From contig BEHV01000001.1 of assembly GCA_002898315.1 (NCBI GenBank), positions 196,620-260,619 of the forward strand: a stretch of 64,000 bases of DNA. The letters run 5' to 3'. Below the pieces are notes generated by a model. That model saw only the letters and a list, made by a program, of their open reading frames with translations. It ran no database searches and had not been told where the DNA came from. Position numbers and translations under genes: made by a program. The stretch comes from a bacterium HR19 (GTDB lineage Bacteria > Calescibacteriota > Calescibacteriia > Calescibacteriales > Calescibacteriaceae). Shown here one piece after another: positions 1-9,593 of this stretch (the stretch's first letter is position 1; each line of letters opens with the position of its first letter).

Positions 1-187
1 TCAACGAAAGGTGGGAGAAAAATGTTTTTCAAGTCAATATTGTATGGAGAACAACCCGAAAAAAAATAGAATGAAATAATAAAAAGAGGATATGCGGAAA
101 AAATAAGTATCAGAAAAGGCAACACAGCAGAGGAAAAAATCCCCCCTCAACACCCCAAAGCTTTCGTTTAAATATAAAATTTTAAGG

Positions 188-550
188 TTATTGTTCGCTT
201 TCCGTCTCGGCAGAACCTAAATGCTCATCAGCTGATTGTTCCTGCTTTCTTTTTGTTGCAGAAGACGACTCAAAAAGAGCCTTGAGTTCCTGAGGTCTTA
301 TCTTTGCGGAGATAGTTGTAAATGGAAGAAGTCCAAGGTGTCTTGCTCTTTTTATATTTTTCGCAAGCTGTCTGTAATGTTTTGAACACAAACCCGTAAG
401 TTTTCGCGATTTTATCATACCTCTTTCGGTCAAAAATTGAGAGAGAAATTCATAGTTCTTATATGTAATCGGCGGATACTCACCAGTGCATACTCTGCAT
501 ATCTTTGAAGCAGAAGTCCCGTTCATATAAAAGGTAAAATGCTTTCCCAA
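188..550 (-). CDS. rpsR: 30S ribosomal protein S18, with an acidic C-terminal tail of about 35 aa. The true start may be the internal Met near 526.
   Basis: The translation (CRVCTGE...YKNYEFLSQFLTERGMIKSRKLTGLCSKHYRQLAKNIKRARHLGLLPF) matches the S18 core, including the IKRAR..LLP signature. Confidence 0.85.
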   Translation of the reverse strand: MGKHFTFYMNGTSASKICRVCTGEYPPITYKNYEFLSQFLTERGMIKSRKLTGLCSKHYRQLAKNIKRARHLGLLPFTTISAKIRPQELKALFESSSATKRKQEQSADEHLGSAETESEQ

Positions 551-682
551 AACAAAAATTCCAAAAAATCAAAAAAATTCACCCCCCAAAAGATAAACGC
601 TTTAATGTTTAGAGCTTTTCAAACCCTTTCAGATAAGTTTCAGAATGTTTCACAAAAGATTTCCAAAACACCGAAAAATGTA

Positions 683-698
683 TGGAATAAATTTTGCT
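683..698 (+). promoter_or_regulatory. Putative sigma-54 (-24/-12) promoter, TGGAAT-N5-TTGCT, upstream of the nitrite/sulfite reductase gene
   Basis: GG at 684-685 and GC at 696-697 have the canonical 12-nt spacing. The GGAGGG ribosome-binding site (711-716) and the ATG at 724 follow. Confidence 0.45.
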
Positions 699-723
699 AT
701 ATCACAAATAGGAGGGAGTCAAT

Positions 724-2976
724 ATGGTTGACACAGCAAACAAAAACATCACCCCGTGGGAGCAGATAGATATAAACAAGCAAAGCGAAGGTTTTGATGT
801 TTGGAAAGAAATAGACGAATACGAGGAAGTGATACAAAAATTTTTCAGAGAAGAAATACATCCAGAAAGATTCAAAAGCTACCGGTTGAACTTCGGAACC
901 TATGGAGTAAGACATCATCCAGACGGAACCCACATGCAAAGAATAAAGATACCATCTGGATTTATATTTTCAGAACAGATAAGAGTTATTGCTGATGTAG
1001 TGGAAAAATACGCTGGGTCAGGGCATGGGCATCTCACAACTCGCCAAGATATCCAACTCCACTATGTAAAACTTGAAAATATCCCATCTGTTTTAAGAGA
1101 ACTTGCAAAAGTAGGAATAACAACCCGTGAAGCATGCGGAAACACCGTAAGAAACATAACTTCTTCTTACCTTTCAGGAATATGTCCAGACGAGATTTTT
1201 GATACTCTCCCCTATGCCATATTTACAACAAGATACTTTTTAAGACACCCTCTCACATCAACTCTGCCAAGAAAATTTAAGATAGCATTCTCTGAATGTG
1301 AAAACGACCATGCCATGGTAAGAATGCACGATATAGGAGCAGTCGCTCAGATAAGAAAAAACGGAAAAGAAGAAAAAGGGTTCAGAGTTTATGTAGGCGG
1401 GGGGCTCGGACCTGTTCCTATGGATGCAAAACTCCTTGTAGATTTTGTATCTGTTTATGAGTTCTACCCACTCGCAGAAGCAATAATATATGTCTTTCAT
1501 AAATACGGAACAGAAGAGAGAAAATTCAGAAACAAAGCGAGGTTAAAATTCCTTATTGCAAGAATAGGTTTTGAAAAATTCAAAGAACTCGTATTTGAAG
1601 AGTTTGAAAAACTCAAAAGAGTTAAAAATGTCAGAGAAGAACTTGAAAGATATGTTGAAAACTTCCCTCTTCCAGCTCCGACAAAAACCGGAAGAGCAGA
1701 TGGACCCAAAAACGAAAAGAAACTCAAAAAACCTAAATTCAAACCAGATCCATCAGATAAAACATTCAAACTGTTTTTAGAAAAGTACACATTCAAACAA
1801 AAACAACCCGGATACTTCGGAGTATATATAAAGCCAATTTTGGGAAATCTGAAACCAGATGAATTCAGATTCGTAGCAGATATTGCAGAACTATATGGAG
1901 CAGGTTATGTAAGAATAACTCCTCAGCAGAAAATCCTGATACCTTGGGTTGAAGAAGAATTCCTCTACGACATATACTATGAAATAAGAAATAAGGGGTT
2001 CATAAATGGAGCGGTGACAGAGGCACAAAGAGAAATCGTCTCATGTCCCGGCGCTTTCTCGTGCAAACTCGCGGTAACACATCCATATAACCTCGCGGAG
2101 TACATAGGAGAGGTGGTAGGAGATCTTGGGGGTTTAAGAGTACATATTTCAGGATGTCCGAACTCGTGCGGTCAGCATCACATAGGAGATATAGGATTTT
2201 ACGGAGGTAGCGCAAAGATAAACGGAAAACTCGCCCCACACTACATAGTTATGATAGGAGGATACTTGTTTGAACAAAAAGCAAGGTTCGGAGAAGTTAT
2301 AGGAAAGATCCCTGCCAAAAATGCCCCACTGTTTGTGAAAGAAGTCGTTGAACTATGGAAAAAAGAAAGAAAAAGCGGAGAGAAATTCTACGAGTTCTGC
2401 GATAGAATAGGTCTTGACAGATTCAGAGAAATATTAGCGAAATACTCAAAAGTGGACCCGAACGATGAAGATGTTTTCAGAGAACCGGGATTGGCAGAAG
2501 AGTTCAAGATGGAAGCCGAAGCAAGAGGAGAATGTGCGGGAAGCTTGCTTGACCTTATGGCAATAAACCTCTTTGACTCATTCCGAAACATATATGAAAT
2601 TGAAAATGAAATCAAAATCAATATCAGAAGTGAATCTATAAAAGAGAAAATCCTTGACTCTATACTAAAATGCGCAAAAATGTATGTATATCTTGAAGGA
2701 GAAGAACCACAGGAAGAAGAAAAAATATTATCCGTGTTCGCAGAAAGAATTCTTCCCAAAAAGTGGTTCTGTTCAGATTGGTCAAACATAAGAGAAAAAT
2801 ACAACGAGATAAAATCAAAGAACTTTTCTGAACTGAATGAAGACGAAATAAAAAAATACATCATTTATGCCAAAAACTTCATAAAAGATAGCGAAAAAGC
2901 TTTCGTCAGATTGAAACCTAACCTCAAAATTCAAGAGTGCCTCGCAAGAAAAGAAGAACATGTTCCGGGAGATTAG
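724..2976 (+). CDS. Ferredoxin-type assimilatory nitrite/sulfite reductase (siroheme/4Fe-4S) with a ~180-aa Lys/Glu-rich C-terminal extension
   Basis: Duplicated NiR/SiR ferredoxin-like half-domains. The siroheme-[4Fe-4S] cysteine cluster is SCPGAFSCK...GCPNSCGQHH. At 750 aa it is far longer than the ~550-600 aa typical for this family. Confidence 0.8.
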   Translation: MVDTANKNITPWEQIDINKQSEGFDVWKEIDEYEEVIQKFFREEIHPERFKSYRLNFGTYGVRHHPDGTHMQRIKIPSGFIFSEQIRVIADVVEKYAGSGHGHLTTRQDIQLHYVKLENIPSVLRELAKVGITTREACGNTVRNITSSYLSGICPDEIFDTLPYAIFTTRYFLRHPLTSTLPRKFKIAFSECENDHAMVRMHDIGAVAQIRKNGKEEKGFRVYVGGGLGPVPMDAKLLVDFVSVYEFYPLAEAIIYVFHKYGTEERKFRNKARLKFLIARIGFEKFKELVFEEFEKLKRVKNVREELERYVENFPLPAPTKTGRADGPKNEKKLKKPKFKPDPSDKTFKLFLEKYTFKQKQPGYFGVYIKPILGNLKPDEFRFVADIAELYGAGYVRITPQQKILIPWVEEEFLYDIYYEIRNKGFINGAVTEAQREIVSCPGAFSCKLAVTHPYNLAEYIGEVVGDLGGLRVHISGCPNSCGQHHIGDIGFYGGSAKINGKLAPHYIVMIGGYLFEQKARFGEVIGKIPAKNAPLFVKEVVELWKKERKSGEKFYEFCDRIGLDRFREILAKYSKVDPNDEDVFREPGLAEEFKMEAEARGECAGSLLDLMAINLFDSFRNIYEIENEIKINIRSESIKEKILDSILKCAKMYVYLEGEEPQEEEKILSVFAERILPKKWFCSDWSNIREKYNEIKSKNFSELNEDEIKKYIIYAKNFIKDSEKAFVRLKPNLKIQECLARKEEHVPGD

Positions 2977-3038
2977 GAGAGTAAAATACAGAAAGAGAAA
3001 AATTTCTACTCCATAATCAAAGAGCTAAACTTTACTTT

Positions 3039-4379
3039 ATGAGCAACTCAACAGCTTTCCCGAACGAAATACTGAAAAAGAGAATAAAAGAGTTCTTTGA
3101 AATGCTCCCAGAAAACTCAATAGCAATTTTATCTTCCCCAACACCTAAAATAAGAAGCAACGATGTTGAATTCAGATACAGACCCTCAAGCAAGATTCTT
3201 TACCTCACAGGTATCAAAGACCCATCACTAAAAGTTGTATTCACAAAAAAAGGAAAAGGAGAAACGTCAGAAAGAAAAATAACAGTTTTCAGAAAGAAGC
3301 TCACAGAAGAAGAAAAGGTATGGATAGGCGAAGAAACCCCTGACGATGAGATAAAAAAAATATGGGATGATGTTGAGATAAAAGATATAAAAAACTTTGG
3401 AGAAAGTGTTGGGAAAATTCTCGCATCTGCCAAAAATGTTTTCCTTCCTTTTGAAGATGAAAAAGAAGAAATATTTGAAGTTTTCATTTCTCTCAAAAAA
3501 AGAGCGAGGAGCAAAATTATAATCCCTTCAAGATTTACAGATATAAGCTTCGTTCTCGGCAGAATGAGAGCGAAAAAAGATGAGTATGAAATAAAGATTA
3601 TACGACAAGCGGTCTCAATAACAAAAAAAGCAGTGAAAGAAATTGAAAAAATGATAGCTCCCGGGGTGATGGAGTATGAAATAGATGCGGAACTTTTAAA
3701 ATTTTACAGAAATTTCGGCGGTTGGGAAGCATTCCCGACAATAGTCGCATCAGGTAAAAACTCGGTAATCCTCCACTACTCAAAAAATTCAGAACCTGTG
3801 GGATCGCCATGCATCGTTGACACAGGAGCGGAATTCAACTTCTACTCCGCAGATATAACAAGAACATTCATAAAAGATGGATTCGCCAAAAACCAGAAAG
3901 AAAAAGAAAAAATGAAATTGGCAGAAGAACTAAAAAAAGAGATAGAAAACATTCAAAAAAAGATCATAAGTGAGGTAAAAGAAGGAACAAATTTTGAAAT
4001 CCTCAACAACTTAACACGAAAACTTATTTCCGAACTCCTTCTGAACATAGGAATTCTCAGAGGAAACATAGATGAGATAATGGAAGGAAAGAAATACAAA
4101 CCTTTCTTCCCTCATTCAATAGGTCACCATCTTGGACTTGATGTCCATGACGAATGCTTGTATTATGACGAAGATGGAAACCCCATACCTCTTGCAGAAA
4201 ACGCAATAATAACCATAGAACCCGGAATTTACTTCCCTTGCAAAGACGAAGTTGAGATAAAAGATGAAAGAGACGGAAGTGTAATTGAAGTTGTAAAGGT
4301 TCCTGAAATTTTTCAGGGAATAGGAATCAGAGTAGAGGATGATATACTTGTGAAAAAGGGTTCCGCAGAGATTCTCTGA
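3039..4379 (+). CDS. pepP: Xaa-Pro aminopeptidase (M24B, PepP-like)
   Basis: AMP_N-like N-terminal domain plus the M24 motifs VDTGAEFNFYSADITRTF, HSIGHHLGLDVHD and IEPGIY. Confidence 0.8.
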   Translation: MSNSTAFPNEILKKRIKEFFEMLPENSIAILSSPTPKIRSNDVEFRYRPSSKILYLTGIKDPSLKVVFTKKGKGETSERKITVFRKKLTEEEKVWIGEETPDDEIKKIWDDVEIKDIKNFGESVGKILASAKNVFLPFEDEKEEIFEVFISLKKRARSKIIIPSRFTDISFVLGRMRAKKDEYEIKIIRQAVSITKKAVKEIEKMIAPGVMEYEIDAELLKFYRNFGGWEAFPTIVASGKNSVILHYSKNSEPVGSPCIVDTGAEFNFYSADITRTFIKDGFAKNQKEKEKMKLAEELKKEIENIQKKIISEVKEGTNFEILNNLTRKLISELLLNIGILRGNIDEIMEGKKYKPFFPHSIGHHLGLDVHDECLYYDEDGNPIPLAENAIITIEPGIYFPCKDEVEIKDERDGSVIEVVKVPEIFQGIGIRVEDDILVKKGSAEIL

Positions 4380-4475
4380 AAGAAAAAATTTAAAAAAAGT
4401 ATCAATCTATACTTTACACTTTTTACACAAAAGAGAAAAACAAAGATTATATTTCATATAAGGGAGGTGTAAAGC

Positions 4476-5567
4476 ATGAAAGACAAAAACAACAGAAAAT
4501 TAAGATGCGGACTTCTGCACCTTTTTGAGTCAGCAAAAGGCAAAACAGAAAAGCAGTTCTACGAAGAAAACATAGAACTCATAAAATACGCAGATGAAAT
4601 AGGATTACAAACCGCATGGATAGCAGAACATCACTTCTCTGAATACGGAGTTATGCCTTCAACTCAGGTCTTCGCTTCATACATCGCAGGAATAACAAAA
4701 AGAATAAGAATAGGAACAGGAGTCGTCGTCCTGCCGTTTCATCACCCAATAAGAGTAGCAGAAGAGTTCGCTTTCATAGATGTCTTATCTGATGGACGGC
4801 TTGACTTCGGTGTTGGAAGAGGATACCAACCCCACGAGTTTGAAGGATACGGAATACCCATATCGGAAAGCAGAAACCGATTTGAAGAATCATTGCAGAT
4901 AATAAAGATGGCATGGACCGAAGAAGAGGTGAACTTTGAAGGCAAGCACTTTATCATAAAAGGGGCAAGACCAAGACCACGACCACTCCAAAAACCACAT
5001 CCCCCGCTCTTCGGCGCCTCATTCAACGCAGAAACAATAAAATTCCAAGCTAAAAAGAAAATGAACCTCATATTCTCACCTTTACTCGCAACCCCAGACA
5101 AAATAGATGAATACATAAAAACTCTTCAAGATGAAGGTGAAAACCCAGAAAACTACAGAATAGGCGGACTTGCCTTCGTATATGTCGCAGATGATATGAA
5201 AAAAGCTTTCAGGGACTTTGAAGAACCCTGCATGTGGTACTTCAGAACTTTTTCTAAACTTATACCAGCTCAAAAATACCCAGAAGGAGAAGATTTCTAC
5301 AAAAACCTGCATTTCCTGATGATGCAGATGATTGAGCAATATGATAGAGGAAAAATAACTTTTGAATTTATGGCAACAGAAGGATTATTTCAGCACGGAT
5401 TTTTAGTTGGAACTCCTTCGTATGTCGCAGAAAAACTCAAAAAACTTATTCAGGATTACAAGCTCACAGACCTCCTCTGCTGGACAAGGCTCGGCGGACT
5501 TGAACACGAAAAAGTTATGAAATCTATGAAACTATTTGTAGAGAAGGTCTTACCAGATGTGATATGA
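4476..5567 (+). CDS. LLM-class (luciferase-like) flavin-dependent oxidoreductase
   Basis: AWIAEHHF...GVVVLPFHHPIRVAEEFAFIDVLSDGRLDFGVGRGY is the typical TIM-barrel LLM signature. Confidence 0.75.
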   Translation: MKDKNNRKLRCGLLHLFESAKGKTEKQFYEENIELIKYADEIGLQTAWIAEHHFSEYGVMPSTQVFASYIAGITKRIRIGTGVVVLPFHHPIRVAEEFAFIDVLSDGRLDFGVGRGYQPHEFEGYGIPISESRNRFEESLQIIKMAWTEEEVNFEGKHFIIKGARPRPRPLQKPHPPLFGASFNAETIKFQAKKKMNLIFSPLLATPDKIDEYIKTLQDEGENPENYRIGGLAFVYVADDMKKAFRDFEEPCMWYFRTFSKLIPAQKYPEGEDFYKNLHFLMMQMIEQYDRGKITFEFMATEGLFQHGFLVGTPSYVAEKLKKLIQDYKLTDLLCWTRLGGLEHEKVMKSMKLFVEKVLPDVI

Positions 5568-5580
5568 ATAAAATAAATGA

Positions 5581-7071
5581 GTGCAAGAAACAGAAAAAAA
5601 CTTACTTCAAACCCTTGAAAGAATAGCAAAATTGCTCTCATCTTACGGAAGTTTTGACAGCATACTGAAACAGGTTCTACATGTGATAGAAACAGAAGCA
5701 GGACTAAAAGACCCAGCAATAACTATACTCAACTTCTCCTCATCGCTCAGACCGAAAGATAAAAAAAGAGAAGAATTAGAAAAGAAGTATAAACCACCTT
5801 TGAAAGATAAAGTCCCCTTCAACGGCTCTACCTTCTTAATATCTCCGATAAGAATAGAGGGAAGAGATATAGGTTTCATAAGCGCCATAGCAGAAGAAAA
5901 AGATGTAAGAGAAGAGGTTCTCTCATTTCTCTCATTTGTCGGAAGTTTGATCGGATTTTCATTTTTTGTCCTCGCAAAGGAAAAAACAGAGGTAAAAAAT
6001 GTAGGGAACATAATTTTCAGGTCAAAACAAATGGACGAGGTGATAAAATTAGCTCTTGAAGTTGCAAAATCAGATGCCACAGTTCTTATAAGAGGAGAAA
6101 GCGGAGTAGGGAAGGAGCTCCTCGCAGAACTCATACACAATAACTCCCCGAGAAAATCAAAAATGCTCGTCAAAATAAACTGCGCAGCAATACCCGAAAA
6201 TCTCCTTGAAAGTGAGCTTTTCGGATACAAAAAAGGCGCATTCACAGGAGCAATAACAGACAAAAAAGGAAAAATAGAGATGGCAGATGGAGGAACAGTT
6301 TTTTTAGACGAAATAGGAGACCTCCCCCTTCCCCTTCAAGCAAAAATACTCCGACTTATCCAGAACAAAGAAATAGAACCAATAGGAGGACAACCGAAAA
6401 AGGTAGATGTCAGAATAATTTCAGCTACGAACAGAAACCTTGAAGAACTTGTGAAAGAAGGAAAATTCAGAGAAGATCTATATTACAGATTAAATGTTAT
6501 TCCCATCTATATCCCACCCCTGAGAGAGAGAAAAGAGGATATTTTGCCTCTCGTTGAGTTCTTCATAGAAAAATTCAACAAAAAGTATAAGAAAAACATA
6601 TCAATATCAAAGGGAGCGCTCACGATTCTTGAAAAATACCAGTGGTATGGAAATATCAGAGAACTTGAAAACCTTATAGAACGACTTGTCCTGACCTCAT
6701 CTGACCTTGTCATAACTCCTGACGATATTCCAGATTACATAAAAGAAAAAATACACGAGGAGGAAAAAAGAAAGAAAGAAGAGCCAGAAGAAGTTTTGCC
6801 ATCAAAACGAGAAAAGAAGGCAGAAGAAAATAAGAAAAAAACTGCTCTGCAAGAGATTTTTGAGAAACTGGAAATTTCAGATTCTCGTGGTTTGCTCTCT
6901 TTGATAGAAGATATTGAAAAGAAAATAATTGAAAATGTCCTCGCTGAATCAAAGAATATATCAGATGCTGCAAGGAAGCTCGGAATATCAAGGAGACAAC
7001 TTGAATGGAGGTTAAGGAAATACAAAATTGAGTTTCTTAATTATGGGAGGAAAAGCTCTTTTCAGAAATGA
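5581..7071 (+). CDS. Sigma-54-dependent transcriptional activator, NifA-like: N-terminal GAF domain, AAA+ sigma-54 interaction domain, C-terminal HTH. GTG start.
   Basis: Walker A GESGVGKE, the GAFTGA loop (ELFGYKKGAFTGA) and the C-terminal Fis-type HTH (AARKLGISRRQLEWRLRKY). There is no receiver domain. The N-terminus has GAF-like features. Confidence 0.85.
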   Translation: MQETEKNLLQTLERIAKLLSSYGSFDSILKQVLHVIETEAGLKDPAITILNFSSSLRPKDKKREELEKKYKPPLKDKVPFNGSTFLISPIRIEGRDIGFISAIAEEKDVREEVLSFLSFVGSLIGFSFFVLAKEKTEVKNVGNIIFRSKQMDEVIKLALEVAKSDATVLIRGESGVGKELLAELIHNNSPRKSKMLVKINCAAIPENLLESELFGYKKGAFTGAITDKKGKIEMADGGTVFLDEIGDLPLPLQAKILRLIQNKEIEPIGGQPKKVDVRIISATNRNLEELVKEGKFREDLYYRLNVIPIYIPPLRERKEDILPLVEFFIEKFNKKYKKNISISKGALTILEKYQWYGNIRELENLIERLVLTSSDLVITPDDIPDYIKEKIHEEEKRKKEEPEEVLPSKREKKAEENKKKTALQEIFEKLEISDSRGLLSLIEDIEKKIIENVLAESKNISDAARKLGISRRQLEWRLRKYKIEFLNYGRKSSFQK

Positions 7072-7151
7072 TTTTAACAAAAATGATAACAATATTGTAA
7101 AAAACTGCTCATTTTTTAACAAGAATGTAAAGAATTTGAACTCAATACCCC

Positions 7152-7167
7152 TGGCACACCTTTTGCA
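7152..7167 (+). promoter_or_regulatory. Sigma-54 promoter, an exact TGGCAC-N5-TTGCA consensus match, upstream of glnA
   Basis: ctGGCACaccttTTGCAata lies 89 nt upstream of the glnA ATG. An extremely A-rich ~77-nt leader follows, ending in a GGAGG ribosome-binding site. Confidence 0.8.
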
Positions 7168-7255
7168 ATATTTAATAAAAAAGCAGAAAAGAAACAAGAA
7201 AAAAGCAAAAAAGAAAAGAAAAAAGAAAATTCAAAGAGAAAAGGAGGTAAAAAAA

Positions 7256-8683
7256 ATGGCAAAGCAAAGACCACGAGACGCAAAGGATCTCATGGAAATG
7301 ATAAAGGCAGAAAAAGCAGTATTTGCCGATATAAAGTTTGTAGACCCACTCGGAAGATTACAACACCTCACAGTACCAACTTCACAACTCACAGAAAAAG
7401 TGATAGAGGAAGAAGGAACAGGTTTTGACGGTTCCTCAATAAGAATGTGGCAATCAATACACGAGTCAGACATGCTCCTTTTTCCTGACCCTAAAACCGC
7501 AGTTGTTGACCCTTTCTTCAAAGAAAAAACAATATCTCTTATCGCGAATGTAAAAGACCCCATAACACACGAACCATACTATAAAGACACAAGGCAGATC
7601 GCTCAGAACGCAGAAAAATACCTTAAAGAAACCGGAATTGCCGATTCCACTCTCTTCGGTCCAGAACTTGAATTTTTCATCTTTGACTCCGTATCAGCAG
7701 CAGAAGCTCCTAACTACTCTTTTTACAAAATTGATTCCGAAGAAGGAGCGTGGAGAAGTGGAGATGAAAATTCAAAAGGATATAAAATAAGATATAAGGA
7801 AGGTTATTTCCCAGCATCACCTTTTGACACCCTAACAGATATAAGAAACGAAATATCTCTCATTCTTGAGGAGATGGGCATTGATGTAGAGGTCCATCAC
7901 CACGAAGTCGCAACTGCTGGTCAAGGAGAGATAGATATAAGAGCAAGACCTTTGGTTGAAATGGCAGATAACGCCATAATGCTAAAATATGTTTTGAAAA
8001 ACGTCGCAAAAAAATACGGTAAAACCGCAACCTTTATGCCAAAGCCCATTTTCGGAGATAACGGAAACGGAATGCACACACACCAGAGCTTGTGGAAAAA
8101 CGGAAAACCGCTGTTCGCAGGAGAAAAATATGCGGGTCTTTCAGAACTCGCTATGTGGTATATAGGTGGAATAATAAAACACGGAAGAGCCCTCTGTGCC
8201 ATTACAAACCCAACAACAAACTCCTACAAAAGATTGGTCCCAGGATATGAAGCTCCTATAAACCTCGCATACTCGCAAAGAAATAGGTCCGCAGCGATAA
8301 GAATTCCTATGTACTCCCCCTCACCAAAGGCAAAAAGAATTGAGGTCAGATTCCCAGACCCATCTTGCAACCCATACCTAGCATTCTCAGCAATGCTACT
8401 TGCGGGACTTGATGGAATAGAAAAGAAAATCAATCCCGGAGAACCATTTGACACCAACATATACAAACTCCCACCAGAAGTTCTCGCAAAAGTTCCTAAA
8501 ACACCTTCCTCTCTTGAAGAAGCTCTTGAAGAACTCAAAAAAGACCACGATTTCCTCCTCAAAGGTGGAGTATTCTCAAAAAAATTTATAGAAGAATATA
8601 TTGAATGGAAGTATGAGAACGAAGTTAAAGAGCTTTATGCAAGACCTACTCCATGGGAAATAATATCATACTTTGATGCATAA
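7256..8683 (+). CDS. glnA: Glutamine synthetase type I. The ORF-track start at 7028 is an artefactual upstream extension.
   Basis: GGAGG ribosome-binding site 8 nt before the ATG at 7256. The translation (MAKQRPRDAKDLM...GNGMHTHQSL...NPTTNSYKRLVPGYEAP) carries the GS catalytic and adenylylation-loop region motifs. Length is 476 aa. Confidence 0.9.
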   Translation: MAKQRPRDAKDLMEMIKAEKAVFADIKFVDPLGRLQHLTVPTSQLTEKVIEEEGTGFDGSSIRMWQSIHESDMLLFPDPKTAVVDPFFKEKTISLIANVKDPITHEPYYKDTRQIAQNAEKYLKETGIADSTLFGPELEFFIFDSVSAAEAPNYSFYKIDSEEGAWRSGDENSKGYKIRYKEGYFPASPFDTLTDIRNEISLILEEMGIDVEVHHHEVATAGQGEIDIRARPLVEMADNAIMLKYVLKNVAKKYGKTATFMPKPIFGDNGNGMHTHQSLWKNGKPLFAGEKYAGLSELAMWYIGGIIKHGRALCAITNPTTNSYKRLVPGYEAPINLAYSQRNRSAAIRIPMYSPSPKAKRIEVRFPDPSCNPYLAFSAMLLAGLDGIEKKINPGEPFDTNIYKLPPEVLAKVPKTPSSLEEALEELKKDHDFLLKGGVFSKKFIEEYIEWKYENEVKELYARPTPWEIISYFDA

Positions 8684-8753
8684 AAATGTAGAATAGAAAG
8701 TAATCAGATAAACTCAAAAAATTTAAAAAAACAGGAACGGAGGTGGTGTAGCT

Positions 8754-9575
8754 ATGAAAAAGATAAAACGGGAGTACTTTATTCTTTCAAATAAAAAAGG
8801 GTCAAAGGCAAAACTTTATCTTCTGCTATCAGTAGTCATAAATATAGCAATAGTGAAAGTAGTTGCTGCAACCCCATCAACAACATTCTGGGCTCCATCA
8901 ACTCCCTACCTACAACCTTTCGGTGTCCTACATATTACCTATGACTCTTACTTTACCATAAGCAATATGCTACCTATGTATATAGGTCTCACTTCTGGAA
9001 TATTACCAACGAAAGAAATAAATCTTGAGGTCGGTTTTGACTTTCTTATACCACAGAAAGACATTACATCATCTCTGATACTCAACACGAAAATAGGAAC
9101 TCCCGAAGATACACTCTTCAAAGGTCAACCCGGGTGGTCGTTTGGAATATTCAACCTCGGCTTCAAAAAAGGAGTGAATGATTTTAACATACTCTACTTT
9201 ATGCTGGGTAAGACCATGCTTGAAGATTGGGGAGCAATAAAATATCTCGGTACATTAGAGTTCGGAGCGTACTACGGCTTAAATAAAGAACTCCTCAACA
9301 ACGAACAATTTGGTATAATGGCTGGCTGGTTTTCATATCCGATTGACATCCCGATAATAGATAAGATAGTCCTCGCTTGGGATATAATGACCGGGAAAAA
9401 TCACGGGTTCGGAGCAACGGGAGGCGGAATATACTTTTTCATCACACCATCAATAGACCTACTGACAGGTCCTGTTTACTTTTTGAGTAAAAAATCAGCA
9501 CAATCAGCAGGGGCAATAAGCCAGCTAATCTGGACACTCCAACTTGATGTAGATATAGATCTGAAGAAAAAATAA
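8754..9575 (+). CDS. Hypothetical secreted protein, predicted outer-membrane beta-barrel, embedded in the gln/amt operon
   Basis: N-terminal signal-like hydrophobic segment, then alternating hydrophobic/aromatic beta-strand patterns, many Gly/Tyr/Phe/Trp, and no long TM helices. No recognisable family. Confidence 0.45.
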   Translation: MKKIKREYFILSNKKGSKAKLYLLLSVVINIAIVKVVAATPSTTFWAPSTPYLQPFGVLHITYDSYFTISNMLPMYIGLTSGILPTKEINLEVGFDFLIPQKDITSSLILNTKIGTPEDTLFKGQPGWSFGIFNLGFKKGVNDFNILYFMLGKTMLEDWGAIKYLGTLEFGAYYGLNKELLNNEQFGIMAGWFSYPIDIPIIDKIVLAWDIMTGKNHGFGATGGGIYFFITPSIDLLTGPVYFLSKKSAQSAGAISQLIWTLQLDVDIDLKKK

Positions 9576-9593
9576 AAAGGAGGTAGAAGAAAA

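Noticed and set aside
5643-6263. 206-aa minus-strand ORF inside the sigma-54 activator gene
   Set aside because: It is antisense to a strongly conserved AAA+ domain and has no motifs. It is typical of the shadow ORFs that AT-rich coding sequence generates.
7028-7255. N-terminal 76-aa extension of the glnA ORF in the six-frame track (MSFLIMGGKALFRN...)
   Set aside because: The extension contains the sigma-54 promoter and the A-rich leader, has no ribosome-binding site and is not GS-like. The real start is the ATG at 7256, preceded by GGAGG.
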